From assembly GCA_024227475.1 (NCBI GenBank), contig JAAEUI010000235.1, forward strand, positions 5,210 to 69,209: DNA of 64,000 nucleotides, read 5' to 3'. Origin of the DNA: Paracoccaceae bacterium (GTDB taxonomy: Bacteria; Pseudomonadota; Alphaproteobacteria; Rhodobacterales; Rhodobacteraceae). Of the stretch, positions 20,077-31,024 are shown piece by piece; position 1 is the stretch's first letter; each line of letters begins with the position of its first letter. Made by a program: the position numbers and the translations under genes. A model generated the notes under the pieces. It did not search any database, was not told the DNA's origin, and saw nothing but the letters and a program-made list of their open reading frames with translations.

Positions 20077-21420
20077 ATGTCTCATATTAAAACAACCCGG
20101 CGTGGTGTGCTGAAAGGTGGCGCTGCAGTGGGTGTAGGTCTGGCGACGCCGACCTTCTTCACCAGCATGGCGAACGCATACACCAACGCACCAACAGGTG
20201 GGTCTGTAACACTTGGTTTCAACGTGCCGCAAACCGGTCCTTATGCGGACGAAGGCAATGACGAGCTTCTTGCTCAGCAACTGGCTGTTGCGCACCTGAA
20301 CGGTGAGGGCGACGGCGGCTGCCTCAGTACCTTCACGTCGAAAGCTCTGAAGGGCAACGGCATTCTGGGCAACAAGGTTACATTCGTAACCGGCGACACC
20401 CAAACCAAATCAGACGCTGCACGGGCATCGGCTAAGTCGATGATCGAAAAAGACGGCGCGATCATGATCAACGGTGGTTCTTCGTCGGGTGTTGCGATTG
20501 CTGTTCAGGGCCTGTGTCAGGACGCTGGCGTTATTTTCATGGCTGGTCTGACCCACTCCAACGACACAACCGGTAAAGACAAAAAGGCCAACGGCTTCCG
20601 TCACTTCTTCAACGGGTACATGTCTGGTGCTGCACTCGCACCCGTGCTTGAAAAAGAATACGGAAAAGATCGCCGCGCTTATCACCTGACCGCCGACTAC
20701 ACCTGGGGTTGGACTCAGCAGGAATCGATCGCTGCTGCGACTGAAGGTGTTGGCTGGGAAACCGTCAACAACGTTTTGACACCGCTGGCATCGACAGACT
20801 TCTCGTCTTACATCGCGCCGGTTCTTAACTCTGGTGCTGACGTGTTGGTTCTGAACCACTACGGCGGTAACATGGTGAACTCGCTGACCAACGCGATCCA
20901 GTTCGGTCTGCTTGATAAACAGGTCAACGGAAAAGATTTCAAAATCGTTGTTCCGCTTTACTCCGAACTGATGGCTGCTGGTGCAGGCGAAAACATCAAA
21001 GGTGTGTTTGGTTCGATGAACTGGAACTGGCAACTGCAGGACGATGGCACCAAAGCCTTCGTTAAGTCGTTTGGTGAGAAGTACGGCAAGCCGCCTTCGA
21101 ACTCGGCTCAGACCTGCTATGCACAGACCCTGCTTTATGCAGATGCCTGTGAGCGTGCCGGCACACACAACCCCTGTGGCGTTGCCGAAGCTCTGGAAGG
21201 TTTTGAGTTCGACGGCCTGGGTAATGGCCCGACGCTTTATCGTGCCGACGACCACCAGTGCTTCAAGGACGTGCTTGTCGTGAAGGGTGCTGAAAACCCG
21301 ACCAACGCTTACGACACACTTGAAATCGTCGAAAAAACCCCGCGTGCACAGGTTGAATACGCACCGGATCACCCGATGTTTGCAGGTGGCGCTTTGGGTG
21401 ATTGTAACCCGGGCGCTTAA
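20077..21420 (+). CDS. Branched-chain-type ABC substrate-binding protein, Tat signal (likely monocarboxylate uptake)
   Basis: TRRGVLKG Tat motif; VPQTGPYA, ADYTWG; upstream of acs. Confidence 0.88.
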   Translation: MSHIKTTRRGVLKGGAAVGVGLATPTFFTSMANAYTNAPTGGSVTLGFNVPQTGPYADEGNDELLAQQLAVAHLNGEGDGGCLSTFTSKALKGNGILGNKVTFVTGDTQTKSDAARASAKSMIEKDGAIMINGGSSSGVAIAVQGLCQDAGVIFMAGLTHSNDTTGKDKKANGFRHFFNGYMSGAALAPVLEKEYGKDRRAYHLTADYTWGWTQQESIAAATEGVGWETVNNVLTPLASTDFSSYIAPVLNSGADVLVLNHYGGNMVNSLTNAIQFGLLDKQVNGKDFKIVVPLYSELMAAGAGENIKGVFGSMNWNWQLQDDGTKAFVKSFGEKYGKPPSNSAQTCYAQTLLYADACERAGTHNPCGVAEALEGFEFDGLGNGPTLYRADDHQCFKDVLVVKGAENPTNAYDTLEIVEKTPRAQVEYAPDHPMFAGGALGDCNPGA

Positions 21421-21444
21421 GGTCTCCCAAATACTTGCAACTCA

Positions 21445-21470
21445 GGTCACGCCGGAATTCCGGCGTGACC
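21445..21470. repeat. Perfect 26-bp palindrome after the SBP gene
   Basis: GGTCACGCCGGAATTCCGGCGTGACC. Confidence 0.75.
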
Positions 21471-21516
21471 ACTTAAACCCCGCAACGGTGCGGATCCTAT
21501 CTAACAAATGGTGGAT

Positions 21517-22551
21517 ATGATGGACGCAATCCTTCTCCAAATTCTGAACGGCCTGGACAAGGGCAGTGCTTATGCGCTGATCGCCCTTGGCCTGACGCTG
21601 ATCTTTGGCACACTGGGTGTTGTGAACTTCGCGCACGGCGCTTTGTTCATGATTGGCTCGTTTTGTGCTGTCACCCTGCAGAAAATTCTGAACATATCGT
21701 CAATCACGATCGACGAGACACAGAAAGATTTTCTGGGCAATCCACTGAAAGTTAAAACACCTTATGTAGAGGCATGGTTCGGCGAAGTCACCGGGCAGGC
21801 GATCATCAACTGGTCAGTGCCTCTGGCGATCTTGTTTGCCATCCCGATCATGCTGCTGGTCGGCTTTGTTATGGAGCGCGGCCTGATCAAACATTTCTAC
21901 AAGCGCCCGCACGCGGACCAGATCCTGGTGACCTTTGGTCTGGCAATCGTCCTGCAGGAAATCATCAAAGCAATGTACGGCGCGAACCCGATCCCGACAC
22001 CTGCGCCTGATGTCTTCCGCGGCTCTCTGGATTTCGGCGTGCTGCTTGGGTTTGACCCGAATGCCGTGATCTACCCCTATTGGCGCCTGATATACTTCGC
22101 TTTCTCGACGGTGGTTATTGCGGCTGTGTTTAGCTTCCTGCAATTCACCACCTTCGGGATGGTTGTCCGGGCCGGTATGGCCGACCGGGAAACCGTTGGC
22201 CTTCTGGGCATAAACATCGACAAACGCTTCACCTTCATGTTTGGCGTGGCGGCCGCGGTGGCCGGTTTGGCCGGCGTGATGTACACCCCGATCAACTCGC
22301 CGAATTATCACATGGGTATGGACTTTCTGGTTCTGAGCTTTGTTGTGGTTGTCGTCGGTGGCATGGGCTCGCTGCCCGGTGCTGTGTTGGCCGGCTTCAT
22401 GCTTGGTATCCTTGAGAGCTTTGCCTCGATGAACGAAATCAAATCGATTATTCCGGGTATCGACCAGATCATCATCTACTTAGTCGCAATTGTGATCCTG
22501 ATGACCCGCCCACGCGGTTTGATGGGACGCAAAGGCGTGATGGAGGAATAA
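21517..22551 (+). CDS. ABC permease (LivH-like)
   Basis: ALGLTLIFGTLGVVNFAHG, VVVVGGMGS; start codon among 21508/21517/21520 uncertain. Confidence 0.9.
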   Translation: MMDAILLQILNGLDKGSAYALIALGLTLIFGTLGVVNFAHGALFMIGSFCAVTLQKILNISSITIDETQKDFLGNPLKVKTPYVEAWFGEVTGQAIINWSVPLAILFAIPIMLLVGFVMERGLIKHFYKRPHADQILVTFGLAIVLQEIIKAMYGANPIPTPAPDVFRGSLDFGVLLGFDPNAVIYPYWRLIYFAFSTVVIAAVFSFLQFTTFGMVVRAGMADRETVGLLGINIDKRFTFMFGVAAAVAGLAGVMYTPINSPNYHMGMDFLVLSFVVVVVGGMGSLPGAVLAGFMLGILESFASMNEIKSIIPGIDQIIIYLVAIVILMTRPRGLMGRKGVMEE

Positions 22552-22554
22552 GAC

Positions 22555-23748
22555 ATGCTTGGACTTAACAAAAAGGACAGTAAGTTCCTGCTGATCGTGA
22601 TCGCGCTGACAGTTTGTACACCGATCCTATTGCAGCCCTTCCCTGAAGGCTCCGGTCTGGCACAGTTTAACGCTGGCTATCCGGACCTAATGCAGCGGTT
22701 TGCCATCTACGGCATCTTTGCAATCGGCTTTAACATTCTCTTTGGCCTGACCGGATATCTTTCGTTTGGTCACGCAGCCTTTCTGGGTGTCGGGTCCTAC
22801 TCGGTCGTCTGGATGTACAAACTGCTGGATTACAACGTGATCTGGGGCCTTCCGCTGGCGATCATCACTTCGGGCCTGTTCGCCCTGGCTATCGGTTATG
22901 TGTCGCTGCGCCGCTCAGGCATCTACTTCTCTATCCTGACATTGGCCTTTGCGCAGATGTCGTTCAACGTGGCCTATTCGGTTCTGACACCGCTGACGAA
23001 TGGAGAAACCGGCCTGCAGGTTTACACCAGTGACAAGCAGATATTGCTGGGTGCCAACGAGCCCAATTCACCGCATCTGTTTGGTCTCGTAATGAACCAG
23101 AGTGCCAAATTGAATGTCGGTGACTGGGTTTTCACCTTCAACATCGGTTATTACTTCTGTGCGGTCATCGCTATCCTGGCGTTTTACCTGAGCCTGCGGA
23201 TTTTCCGCTCGCCTTTCGGCCTGATGCTGAAGGCAGTGAAATGCAACCAGCAGCGGATGAACTACACCGGGCTGAATTCGCGCCCCTACACGCTGGCCGC
23301 TTTCGTGATCTCTGGCATGTATGCCGGTCTGGCCGGTGGTCTGCTGGCTTCGATGGACCCATTGGCAGGTGCTGAGCGGATGCAATGGACTGCATCTGGC
23401 GAGGTGGTTCTGATGACCATCCTGGGTGGTACCGGAACCCTGATGGGCCCGGTTTTAGGCGCAGGTTTCATCAAGTACTTCGAGAACATCTTTTCCAAGA
23501 TCAACGAAACCGTGCTGCACAGCTGGTTCTCCTGGCTTCCTGACGGAATGGAAGACGCCATTGTCTGGGTATTGCATTTCTTCGTAGGCAAGGGCTGGCA
23601 CCTGACACTTGGCATGCTGTTCATGCTGATCGTGATCTTCCTGCCAGGCGGTCTGGTCGATGGCGCAAGCCGAATTCGGGAATGGTACAAAAACAGAAAG
23701 GGCGGCGGTGCCGCCTCTTCTGAAACTTCCACAACCCCTGCTGAATAA
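22555..23748 (+). CDS. ABC permease (LivM-like)
   Basis: [28 protein letters not shown]. Confidence 0.9.
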   Translation: MLGLNKKDSKFLLIVIALTVCTPILLQPFPEGSGLAQFNAGYPDLMQRFAIYGIFAIGFNILFGLTGYLSFGHAAFLGVGSYSVVWMYKLLDYNVIWGLPLAIITSGLFALAIGYVSLRRSGIYFSILTLAFAQMSFNVAYSVLTPLTNGETGLQVYTSDKQILLGANEPNSPHLFGLVMNQSAKLNVGDWVFTFNIGYYFCAVIAILAFYLSLRIFRSPFGLMLKAVKCNQQRMNYTGLNSRPYTLAAFVISGMYAGLAGGLLASMDPLAGAERMQWTASGEVVLMTILGGTGTLMGPVLGAGFIKYFENIFSKINETVLHSWFSWLPDGMEDAIVWVLHFFVGKGWHLTLGMLFMLIVIFLPGGLVDGASRIREWYKNRKGGGAASSETSTTPAE

Positions 23749-23761
23749 GGAGACCTCAAAG

Positions 23762-24517
23762 ATGGGAATTCTTGAAGTCCAGAATGTAAACAAAAGCTTT
23801 GGCGGTTTGAAAGCGTTGCAAAACGTGAACCTGAACGTCGAAGAGGGCATGATCCACGCGATCATCGGCCCCAACGGTGCAGGCAAATCAACTCTGTTGA
23901 ACTGCTTTGTCGGCAAGTTGATCCCGGACACTGGAACAGTCATGTTTGACGGCCATTCCCTGCTTGGGAAGAAACCGCATGAAATCAACCAGACCGGCGT
24001 GAGCCGGGTGTTTCAGACGCCGGAGATTTTCGGCGATCTGACGGTGTTCGAAAACGTCATGATCCCATGTTTTGCCAAACGGGACGGGTCGTTCCGGATG
24101 CACGCTATCGAAAAGGTAGAAGCCGAAGTTGACATTCGCGACAAGGCCGAACAGATGCTGATTGATGTCGATATGATCGACAAAAAGGAAATGAACGCCA
24201 ACAGTCTGTCACGTGGCGACAAGCGGCGGCTTGAAATGGCGATGTGCCTGGCCCAGGATCCCAAGCTTTTGTTGCTGGACGAACCGACGGCTGGCATGGC
24301 GCGGGCTGATACCAACAACACCATTGATCTGCTAGCCAAGATTCAAGGTCAGCGTGATATCACCATGGCTGTTATTGAACACGATATGCATGTGGTGTTC
24401 TCGCTGGCGCAAAAAATCTCGGTCCTTGCACAGGGAACCGTAATTGTTGAAGACTTGCCTGAAAATATCAAGGGACATCCCAAGGTTCAGGAAGCATATC
24501 TGGGAGGTGCACACTAA
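23762..24517 (+). CDS. ABC ATPase (LivG-like)
   Basis: GPNGAGKS, LLLDEPTAG, IEHDM. Confidence 0.92.
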   Translation: MGILEVQNVNKSFGGLKALQNVNLNVEEGMIHAIIGPNGAGKSTLLNCFVGKLIPDTGTVMFDGHSLLGKKPHEINQTGVSRVFQTPEIFGDLTVFENVMIPCFAKRDGSFRMHAIEKVEAEVDIRDKAEQMLIDVDMIDKKEMNANSLSRGDKRRLEMAMCLAQDPKLLLLDEPTAGMARADTNNTIDLLAKIQGQRDITMAVIEHDMHVVFSLAQKISVLAQGTVIVEDLPENIKGHPKVQEAYLGGAH

Positions 24518-25281
24518 TGTTGGATGATCTGTCACCACAAGAAAAGGAAAGAAACGCCAACCACGCGTCCACAGCGCCGGCGTTTTTCTCGGCCTATGAT
24601 ATCCACGCTTATTATGGCGAGAGCTATATTGTTCAGGGCGTCAACATCAACATCCACGAAGGCGAAATTCTTGCCCTCTTGGGACGGAACGGCGCCGGTA
24701 AAACCTCAACCCTGCGGGCGATCGCGCGGCTGGCGGACCCGATGGTGACCCACGGCGAGATTTGGCTGGACCACCAGCCTTTGCACAAGATGAAGGCGTA
24801 TCAAGCGGCCCAGCTCGGTATGCAACTGGTGCCCGAAGACCGCTGCATCATCCAGGGCCTGACGGTGGAAGAAAATATCCAGCTGGCGCAGATCGAGAAG
24901 CCGATTGGTTGGTCAATCGAACGGATTTATGATCTGTTCCCCCGGCTGGGTGAGCGTCGCAAGCAAGAGGGCACAACCCTGTCGGGTGGCGAGCAGCAAA
25001 TGCTGGCCATCGGCCGGGCGCTGGCTCGTGATATCAAGCTGTTGTTGCTGGATGAACCCTACGAGGGCCTGGCCCCTGTTATCGTGCAGGAAATTGAAAA
25101 AACCTTGCATCATATCCGCGAGCAGGGCATGACCACCGTCATTGTTGAACAAAACGCCATTGCAGCGCTTAATCTGGCTGACCGAGCGGTCATTCTGGAC
25201 ACCGGCAAAGTGGTGTTTGACGGAACTGCGCAAGACGTTCTGGACAACGAAGAGCTGCGCCACGAATATCTGGCGATCTGA
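24517..25281 (+). CDS. ABC ATPase (LivF-like)
   Basis: GRNGAGKT, LSGGEQQM, LLLDEP, VEQN. Confidence 0.92.
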   Translation: MLDDLSPQEKERNANHASTAPAFFSAYDIHAYYGESYIVQGVNINIHEGEILALLGRNGAGKTSTLRAIARLADPMVTHGEIWLDHQPLHKMKAYQAAQLGMQLVPEDRCIIQGLTVEENIQLAQIEKPIGWSIERIYDLFPRLGERRKQEGTTLSGGEQQMLAIGRALARDIKLLLLDEPYEGLAPVIVQEIEKTLHHIREQGMTTVIVEQNAIAALNLADRAVILDTGKVVFDGTAQDVLDNEELRHEYLAI

Positions 25282-25383
25282 TTTGTGACCAATTGCTGAT
25301 GCGCTGTTTTGCAGCGCATCGCCATTTCCGCCATCATCGAAATTTGCTGCCACAGGCGCGCTTAACAAAACTATGAGGACCCC

Positions 25384-27324
25384 ATGAGCCAAGACCTCTA
25401 TCCACCCTCGGCTGAATTCGCCGCCAATGCCCATATCGATGCGGCAAAATACGAAGAGATGTATCAGGCCTCGATTAATGATCCGGACGCCTTTTGGGGT
25501 GAAGCAGCCAAACGGCTTGACTGGATTAAGACCCCGACCAAGGTGAGGAATGTTTCCTTTGCCCATCCGGATGTGTCGATAAACTGGTTTGAAGACGGGG
25601 TGCTGAATGTCTGCGCGAACTGTGTGGACCGGCATCTGGAAACCCGGGGAGATCAGACAGCGATCATCTGGGAAAGCGATGATCCGAATGTTGACAGCAA
25701 GGTCACTTATAACGAGGTGCACGAAAAAGTCAGCAAACTGGCCAATGTTTACAAATCGTTAGGTGTTGGAAAGGGTGATCGCGTCATCCTTTATATGCCG
25801 ATGATCCCCGAGGCGGCTTATGCGATGCTGGCCTGTGCCCGCATCGGTGCGGTACACTCGATCGTTTTTGCAGGATTTTCGCCGGAGGCTTTGGCGGCCC
25901 GCGTCAAAGGTTGCGGTGCAAAGCTGATCGTGACCGCCGATGAAGCCCCGCGCGGCGGCAAAGTCACGCCGCTTAAAACCAATGCGGACAAGGCGCTGGA
26001 AATCGCCGGGGACGTCGCCACGCTGGTTGTCGAGCGCACCGGTGGTGATGTGCCGATGAAGGATGGTCGTGACCATTCCTACAATGCTCTGATGGCAAAT
26101 GCATCGGCAGACTGTCCACCAGAGCCAATGAACGCGGAAGACCCGCTGTTTATCCTCTATACATCCGGATCGACAGGCCAGCCAAAAGGCGTGGTTCACA
26201 CCACCGGTGGCTACCTGCTGTTTGCTGCCATGACCCATGAGTACGTCTTCGATTATCATGATGGAGACGTTTACTGGTGCACCGCTGATGTGGGCTGGGT
26301 CACCGGCCACAGCTATATCGTCTATGGGCCAATGGCCAACGGGGCTCAGACCCTGATGTTTGAAGGCGTGCCGACATATCCGGATTCGGGTCGGTTCTGG
26401 GAGGTCTGTGCCAAGCACAAGGTGAACCAGTTTTACACGGCTCCCACTGCTATCCGGGCGCTTATGGCGCATGGGCCGCGTTGGGTGGAAAAACACGATC
26501 TGTCGAGCCTGAAAGTGCTGGGGACGGTTGGCGAGCCTATCAACCCGGAAGCCTGGAACTGGTACAACGATGTCGTCGGCAAAGGGAACTGTCCGATTGT
26601 CGATACCTGGTGGCAGACCGAAACCGGTGGTCATCTGATGACCCCGCTGCCCGGTGCCACCGCCACCAAGCCCGGCTCGTGCACCGTGCCGTTTTTCGGG
26701 GTGCAGCCCGTCATTCTGGAGCCGACAACGGGTGAAGAAATCACATCTGTGGAGGCGGAAGGCGTGCTGTGCATGAAAGACAGCTGGCCAGGCCAGATGC
26801 GCACGGTTTACGGCGATCATGACCGGTTCGTGTCTACCTATTTCGCAGACTACAAGGGCTACTACTTCACCGGTGACGGCTGCCGCCGCGACGCGGATGG
26901 CTATTACTGGATCACCGGTCGTGTCGATGATGTGATTAACGTGTCAGGCCACCGCATGGGCACCGCCGAAGTGGAAAGCGCACTTGTGGCGCATAAGGCG
27001 GTATCCGAAAGCGCCGTGGTTGGCTTTCCGCATGACATCAAGGGGCAGGGCATCTACGCCTATGTCACCCTGATGGACGGCGAGGAATACACCGAAGAAC
27101 TGCGCGCCGAATTGCGCACCTGGGTGCGCAAGGAAATCGGCCCGATCGCCACCCCGGACCACATCCAGTGGGCCCCGGGCCTGCCAAAAACCCGCTCGGG
27201 CAAAATCATGCGCCGCATATTGCGTAAAATTGCAGAGGATGATTGGGGAGCACTGGGCGATACCTCAACATTGGCCGATCCGGGCGTTGTTGATGATTTG
27301 ATTGAGAACCGGATGAATCGGTAG
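25384..27324 (+). CDS. acs: Acetyl-CoA synthetase
   Basis: [32 protein letters not shown]. Confidence 0.97.
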   Translation: MSQDLYPPSAEFAANAHIDAAKYEEMYQASINDPDAFWGEAAKRLDWIKTPTKVRNVSFAHPDVSINWFEDGVLNVCANCVDRHLETRGDQTAIIWESDDPNVDSKVTYNEVHEKVSKLANVYKSLGVGKGDRVILYMPMIPEAAYAMLACARIGAVHSIVFAGFSPEALAARVKGCGAKLIVTADEAPRGGKVTPLKTNADKALEIAGDVATLVVERTGGDVPMKDGRDHSYNALMANASADCPPEPMNAEDPLFILYTSGSTGQPKGVVHTTGGYLLFAAMTHEYVFDYHDGDVYWCTADVGWVTGHSYIVYGPMANGAQTLMFEGVPTYPDSGRFWEVCAKHKVNQFYTAPTAIRALMAHGPRWVEKHDLSSLKVLGTVGEPINPEAWNWYNDVVGKGNCPIVDTWWQTETGGHLMTPLPGATATKPGSCTVPFFGVQPVILEPTTGEEITSVEAEGVLCMKDSWPGQMRTVYGDHDRFVSTYFADYKGYYFTGDGCRRDADGYYWITGRVDDVINVSGHRMGTAEVESALVAHKAVSESAVVGFPHDIKGQGIYAYVTLMDGEEYTEELRAELRTWVRKEIGPIATPDHIQWAPGLPKTRSGKIMRRILRKIAEDDWGALGDTSTLADPGVVDDLIENRMNR

Positions 27325-27345
27325 TTCCAATTTCAATAGAGAGTG

Positions 27346-27380
27346 AAAAAGGGGCGCTGGTTTTGTGCTCCTTTTTTTTT
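27346..27380 (+). terminator. Intrinsic terminator after acs
   Basis: AAAAAGGGGCGC-loop-GTGCTCC followed by a T9 run. Confidence 0.8.
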
Positions 27381-28057
27381 AATCGATTCGTCGGTTGGCT
27401 AAATTTCTCTTCTGACAAGTCAGGATTGGAGGAAACTTGCACGTATCTCTGGGTTGTGCCGCGACCGATTGTGGTCTTGAGGAACATCAAAGCCGCTGGG
27501 TATTCGGGGCCTTCCGGGGGCAAGTAGTGATCAAAGTCACAAATAATGAAGAAAATTCTTAGCACCTTATTGCAGGTAAAATCGATTAAATAACAGTGTA
27601 TTACTGCTACTTTCCTTACCTGACTCAAATTTCAAGAAGCGGATGAATTTCGCCGGTGAGGGGATTCTCCAGAATTCCCTATTTGCAACGACGCCACAGA
27701 GTGACTACTCTGGGTGGTATTAGAGGCACTTAGTGCTTTCGATGATCAAAGCGTTTCCAGTGTATCTGGAATCGCCCCTCAGCCCTTTTGCGGTTGAATT
27801 GCGATGTTTCTTGTTTCTACAAAAACTGGAAACGCTCTAGTGACGATTTGCAGTAAAAAGGCCGGAGAATTTTCGGCCCGGGACCGCACGCGAAAAATGC
27901 CGTTCCTACGCCAGTTTTTGGGCTAAACCGGCCCCTTTCTTTTGGAAAAACCCGCTTTTGCGGGGTGGTTGCTTATTGTCTGAGATCATCGTCGGCTGGC
28001 CTCTGCCCGTCACCGCCGGACCCCGGCAAACCTATTGAAACCCGGCAAGGGAGCACG

Positions 28058-29659
28058 ATGATTATGTACAAACACCCCGGCGTTTATATTGAACATGTCC
28101 CGTCAAATGCACTATCCATCGAAGCGGCATCAACCTCGGTAACGGCCTTTATCGGCCATACCTCCCGTGGCAATCGGGTCAGGGCTGACAGCGGCAAACC
28201 GATCTTCATTTCTTCGCTGACGCAATACGCATCGAAATTCGGCCCTCCGGGAGGGGGCAACGGAGGAATATTCGATAAAGGCAGCTCGGCGGACCAGTTT
28301 GGCCAGGCGATCAATATGTTTTACGCCAACGGTGGCAGTAAGGCCTATATTGTTCCGGTTGCAAACTCGGCAGGAACAGCCTCGACCGCGACGATTAATT
28401 TCAAAACCGATTTTGAAGCCGTTGAAACAAATTTCGAGCTTGTGTTGACGGCCAACTCACCCGGGACATGGGCCGACAAACTGATGGTCACATTGTCTGA
28501 CGATGGCATCGCAGGTGAATACAAGCTGGAAATCGGTATTCAGACAGCCGACAGTCTGGCCGAGGCGGATCTGACGCTGAAGGAATTTGAAACCGTTCTG
28601 GAGAGCTTCACCGGCCTGTCACTCGATCCCAACAGCGGCCAGTATCTTGAACCCCAGGTGGATGGCAGCTCAACGCTGGTGACCGCCAGCCTTACCAACG
28701 GCGGCGGAGCCGGGCACGCCGACCTTCCTCTGAACCTGGAAGTTGCCGGAGGCGCAGACACAGCAACACCAAACTCAACCAATTTCAAAGATGCTTGCGC
28801 CCGGCTTCGGGACTATCGCGACATATCAATAATGGTGCTGCCGGGGCTGAACTGGACCAACAACAAGGTGTCCTACGATGCCGCGATCGCGCATGCGGAA
28901 TACATGCAGAACCGCATGGTGATCGTTGATCCGGTTGCCCCCGCGACCTCGAAACTGGAAACCCCCAATGACGTTAAAACTACAGGATTCCCCACGTCTC
29001 CATACACGGCGCTGTATTATCCGTATCTGACAGTGCAAAACCCCTATCACGATCCGGAAACCGCCGCCAACCTGCCCGCCAAATTTGACGTTGGTGCTGC
29101 CGGTGCAGCAGCTGGCCTGTGGGGAAGGATAGATGGAACACGCGGTGTCTGGAAAGCCCCGGCCGGGCTTGAGGCAACTGTGCGGGGATCGCTTGGTCCC
29201 AACCTTCTGATCGGCAACGATCTGCAGGATAACCTCAATGAATGGGGCGTGAACTGCATTCGCTCAATCATCGGGCCGAGCGTGATCTGGGGTGGTCGCA
29301 CTTTGGCGACCAAGTCCAAGCCACAGTATCGCTACATACCGGTGCGCCGCACCCAGAACATGATCGGCGAGAGCCTTTATGGTGCGTTACAGGCGGTAGT
29401 TTTTGAACCGAACGACCACAAACTCTGGTCCGCGCTGCGCGCATCGGTTGGCGATTTCATGGATGGGCTGCACCGAGCTGGTGCCTTCCAGGGGGCTAAG
29501 GCCTCGGACGCCTATTTCGTCAATTGCGGGTTGGGGTCAACCATGACCCAAGGTGATATCGACGGCGGCATTGTGCGTGTCGTGGTCGGCTTCGCACCGC
29601 TGAAACCGGCGGAGTTCGTCGTCGTTCAAATTCAACAGAAGGTGGGCCAGGCAGCTTAA
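28058..29659 (+). CDS. Contractile tail sheath protein
   Basis: YKHPGVYIE, RGVWKAPAG, WGGRTL, VFEPND, GFAPLKPAEFV; RBS AAGGGAG before ATG 28058. Confidence 0.95.
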   Translation: MIMYKHPGVYIEHVPSNALSIEAASTSVTAFIGHTSRGNRVRADSGKPIFISSLTQYASKFGPPGGGNGGIFDKGSSADQFGQAINMFYANGGSKAYIVPVANSAGTASTATINFKTDFEAVETNFELVLTANSPGTWADKLMVTLSDDGIAGEYKLEIGIQTADSLAEADLTLKEFETVLESFTGLSLDPNSGQYLEPQVDGSSTLVTASLTNGGGAGHADLPLNLEVAGGADTATPNSTNFKDACARLRDYRDISIMVLPGLNWTNNKVSYDAAIAHAEYMQNRMVIVDPVAPATSKLETPNDVKTTGFPTSPYTALYYPYLTVQNPYHDPETAANLPAKFDVGAAGAAAGLWGRIDGTRGVWKAPAGLEATVRGSLGPNLLIGNDLQDNLNEWGVNCIRSIIGPSVIWGGRTLATKSKPQYRYIPVRRTQNMIGESLYGALQAVVFEPNDHKLWSALRASVGDFMDGLHRAGAFQGAKASDAYFVNCGLGSTMTQGDIDGGIVRVVVGFAPLKPAEFVVVQIQQKVGQAA

Positions 29660-29705
29660 GCCTGATTGCACCCTTTGAAACCAGATTCTAACGGAGGCCA
29701 TTACA

Positions 29706-30218
29706 ATGCCAGCTCCAACCTTCCCCACTAACAGCCATCGGTATGATCCTTATCGTACCTTCAAATTTCAGGTCGTGATCGGCGGTAAGACCGTTGCCGG
29801 TCTGACCAAGATGGGGGCGCTGAAGAAATCGACCGAAGTGGTCAATTGGCGTGCAGCAGGTGATCCTTCTTATCAGCGCGCCATGCCCGGTGGCACCAAA
29901 TTCGAGAATGTCACGCTGGAACAGGGCCTGAGCCATGATCCGGTGTTCGAGGAATGGGCCAACGCGGTCAACAACGTGGCCGAGGGTGACGCCGGCATGT
30001 CGCTGGTAAACTACCGCCGCGACGTTGTGGTGAACGTGATGAACCTGCAAGGCATACCTGCGATATCCTATTTGCTGAAACGGGCCTGGGTCAGCGAGTA
30101 TCAGGCTCTGCCGGAGTTTGATGCCAACAATATGAACACTGTCGGCATTCAGACCCTTACGGTCGCCTATGAGGGCTTCGTGCGCGACTTGGCAGTGGCG
30201 GAACCGGCTGAGGCGTAA
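29706..30218 (+). CDS. Tail tube protein (gp19-like)
   Basis: DPYRTFKFQV, PGGTKFENVTLEQG, AWVSEY, LTVAYEG. Confidence 0.93.
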   Translation: MPAPTFPTNSHRYDPYRTFKFQVVIGGKTVAGLTKMGALKKSTEVVNWRAAGDPSYQRAMPGGTKFENVTLEQGLSHDPVFEEWANAVNNVAEGDAGMSLVNYRRDVVVNVMNLQGIPAISYLLKRAWVSEYQALPEFDANNMNTVGIQTLTVAYEGFVRDLAVAEPAEA

Positions 30219-30223
30219 CCCCG

Positions 30224-31024
30224 ATGCGCAGCCCTGAAACCCTTGCGGTGGCCTTCCCGTCATCTGTGCCTGCACGTCTGACCGGACGGTTGGAACTGCA
30301 GTTGCAATCCATTCTGTCAGCCCGTCTGACGCGCCCGGAACGGGTGACTGGGGTTCTGGACTGCGTGTTTGATTACGTCGGCGGGACAGCAGCCACACCA
30401 GAGCTGATCCGCCGCCTGGCGACCGGTGCCAGGGAGTGGCTGCTGCAACGCGCTGGTGGTCTGTTTCTTAGGGACCGAGGCTGGTTTGAAGCCAGTTGCC
30501 AGGAATGCGGACAAAGCTTTGATTTACCTCTGTCGCTGGCTGATGCGCCGCGCAGTCCGGCTGGTCGCGGCTATCCCACCGCCCAGATCGAGACCTCACT
30601 GGGTCTTCGCACCTTTGAAGTGCCAAACGGATTGCACGAAGAGAAGCTGGCCCGATCTGAGGGGGGTGATCCGTCACGCCAGTTGCTCGGACTGTGCGGA
30701 TTGAGCGATCACGCGTTTCAGGAGGCGCTGCAGTTTAGCGCAGTGGACGTCGAACAAATTGATGCCGGGCTGGACGCGATTGCGCCAGACGTTGCATCGG
30801 AATTGAACACCCAATGCCCATCCTGCCAGGCGAACACCTCTGCTGTGATTGATCCGTTGGAGTTTTCTTTTCCTGAGCCTGCAAGTCTGATCCGTGAAAC
30901 CCATGCAATTGCTTCTGCCTATGGCTGGGAAGAGGCGACGATCATGACCCTGCCAAGCCAACGCCGCCGCCAATATGCCAACCTGATTGCCGCCGACATG
31001 AGGCGGGGAAGGGGGATGCGATGA
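30224..31024 (+). CDS. CIS assembly-chaperone-like protein with two CxxC motifs
   Basis: CQEC, CPSC, C-terminal ETHAIASAYGWEEATIMTLPSQRRRQY; directly after the tube gene. Confidence 0.6.
   Translation: MRSPETLAVAFPSSVPARLTGRLELQLQSILSARLTRPERVTGVLDCVFDYVGGTAATPELIRRLATGAREWLLQRAGGLFLRDRGWFEASCQECGQSFDLPLSLADAPRSPAGRGYPTAQIETSLGLRTFEVPNGLHEEKLARSEGGDPSRQLLGLCGLSDHAFQEALQFSAVDVEQIDAGLDAIAPDVASELNTQCPSCQANTSAVIDPLEFSFPEPASLIRETHAIASAYGWEEATIMTLPSQRRRQYANLIAADMRRGRGMR

Noticed and set aside
25298-25320. Hairpin GATGCGCTG-TTTTG-CAGCGCATC before acs as a novel element
   Set aside because: Ordinary intercistronic stem-loop or operator with no further support
28020-28057. c-di-GMP-I riboswitch (GGCAAACC....GAAA)
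   Set aside because: Lacks the complementary stem strand and the GACGCAAA continuation
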